Origin: Felis catus
Lineage: Eukaryota
Length of the DNA: 64,000 nucleotides
Direction: 5' to 3'
Assembly (NCBI RefSeq): GCF_018350175.1
Contig: NC_058368.1
Location: 51,523,815-51,587,814, forward strand
Shown here: one piece after another, positions 62,775 to 64,000 of the stretch
Position numbering within the stretch: position 1 is the first letter of the stretch
How the letters are laid out: each line of letters starts with the position of its first letter
Notes under the pieces: generated by a model
What the model saw: only the letters and a program-made list of their open reading frames with translations
The model's database searches: none
Told to the model about the DNA's origin: nothing
Made by a program: the position numbers and the translations under genes

Positions 62775-64000
62775 CTCTTGAGTTCCATCTTTTAAGAACA
62801 CATCTATAGATAGGTAAATGTGCCTTGCCCTGACACACTAAATGATACAAGCAAAGGAATTTCTTCAGATTATTATGAAACATTCATTTTATCTTCTAGG
62901 GTCTCAATTCACAATACCATTTTTAGTCTTTTATCTTACATTGGGTATATAACAATAATTAGGGATGACTGTCAACTTTTACATTAGTACTTTTTTTTTG
63001 GTCATACTGCGGGAACCTTACTAGAGTCTAAGATGTATTTTCTGCTAGGATTCAAACATGTCTGGCTGGCTGGCTGGGGGTGTGGAGGGGTTGGGAGTGG
63101 GAGATGGGCCTGCCAGTGCTCTATTTACCGGACTAAATGAAGCCTCCTGGGAAAGGACTCATGCCTAAGAAGAAAAAGTCAAGCAGGGAAGATTTGACGC
63201 CTCAGGCATCAAAGGGAGCCTTGATTTTGTGTGTCCCACTTTGTCAGCCTCTCAGCTCTGGTCTAGTGCCACATAAGTCATACAGAAAACAGGAGTTGAG
63301 AATAGGAATGCCCACAATCTCTAAGACAGGAGGACACCAAGCATCTCTTCTTTGGTCTCTGGGCACAAAGTCGAAAACAAGAGGTGCATTCTCCCTTTTC
63401 TGGAAGGAACACAGCATGGCTTGCATGGCTTTGGCACACAGAAGTTTCCAGAAAGCTTTCCACATTTAGCATCATGAAAATTTAGCATCACACAGGCTGG
63501 ATCCTGCATAAAAATCCAATGGATTTGCTATTGGGGACTCCCAGGTAAAAATGGAGGGATTTTGAGGGAATCTGGGAATTTTCAGATTGTGGCTCGGGGA
63601 ACAAAGTCAGAGGAAATATGGGTTGTTACTATAAATGTTCCTAATTCTATCCTGTAAGTGGGTGTTATATGGTGAAATATGGGCAACATATTCTGGTTAG
63701 GTTAATTTAAAATACATGATTTTGAGTCCAGTTTAATGAGGTACAAGAAAGAAAAAAAATGATGATAAAATCAACTACCAATCAACATGTCTTTATAAAA
63801 AAGTTCTCTTATTTGACAATAATTATTTTCTTGTTATTCTTGACTATTTTTAGATGATGAAAAATTTGCTGTGATTTCTAAGTGCTAATTAATTCTAAAG
63901 CTCGCAGATCTGTAAATGGTAAAAAGTGCAAAGAGTGTGATTTAGAAAAATAATGTCTACTTTAAGTTTATATTGGTGCATAATGTATTATTTTTCTATT

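Noticed and set aside
63137..63509. Overlapping short ORFs on both strands
   Set aside because: No homology recognised; probably an ancient LTR-like segment (~63060-63690) that I cannot name.

Overview
AT-rich mammalian genomic DNA from a felid (cat family), judged by about 30 feliform-type Can-SINEs (SINEC_Fc-like) and carnivore/felid LINE-1 copies. Much of the window is transposon debris: several multi-kb L1s (nearly all on the minus strand, none intact), old L1M/L2/MIR fragments, solo LTRs, a hAT-Charlie1 fossil and microsatellites. I find no recognisable host protein-coding gene, RNA gene or CRISPR array; the recognisable ORFs in the supplied track are L1 or SINE reading-frame fragments. 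I do not see a new biological system. The best observations are mechanistic: two young L1s 50 kb apart share the same ORF2 nonsense codon and a Trp->Cys change; a 117-bp headless, tailless SINE patch is an inverted copy of a specific SINE 4.4 kb away; a micro-inversion lies between TA tracts; there are two twin-primed L1s, repeated SINE hits at one target, and a few candidate plus-strand exons that fit the antisense L1 bias. Repeat family names come from memory of consensus sequences, and boundaries without a TSD are approximate.
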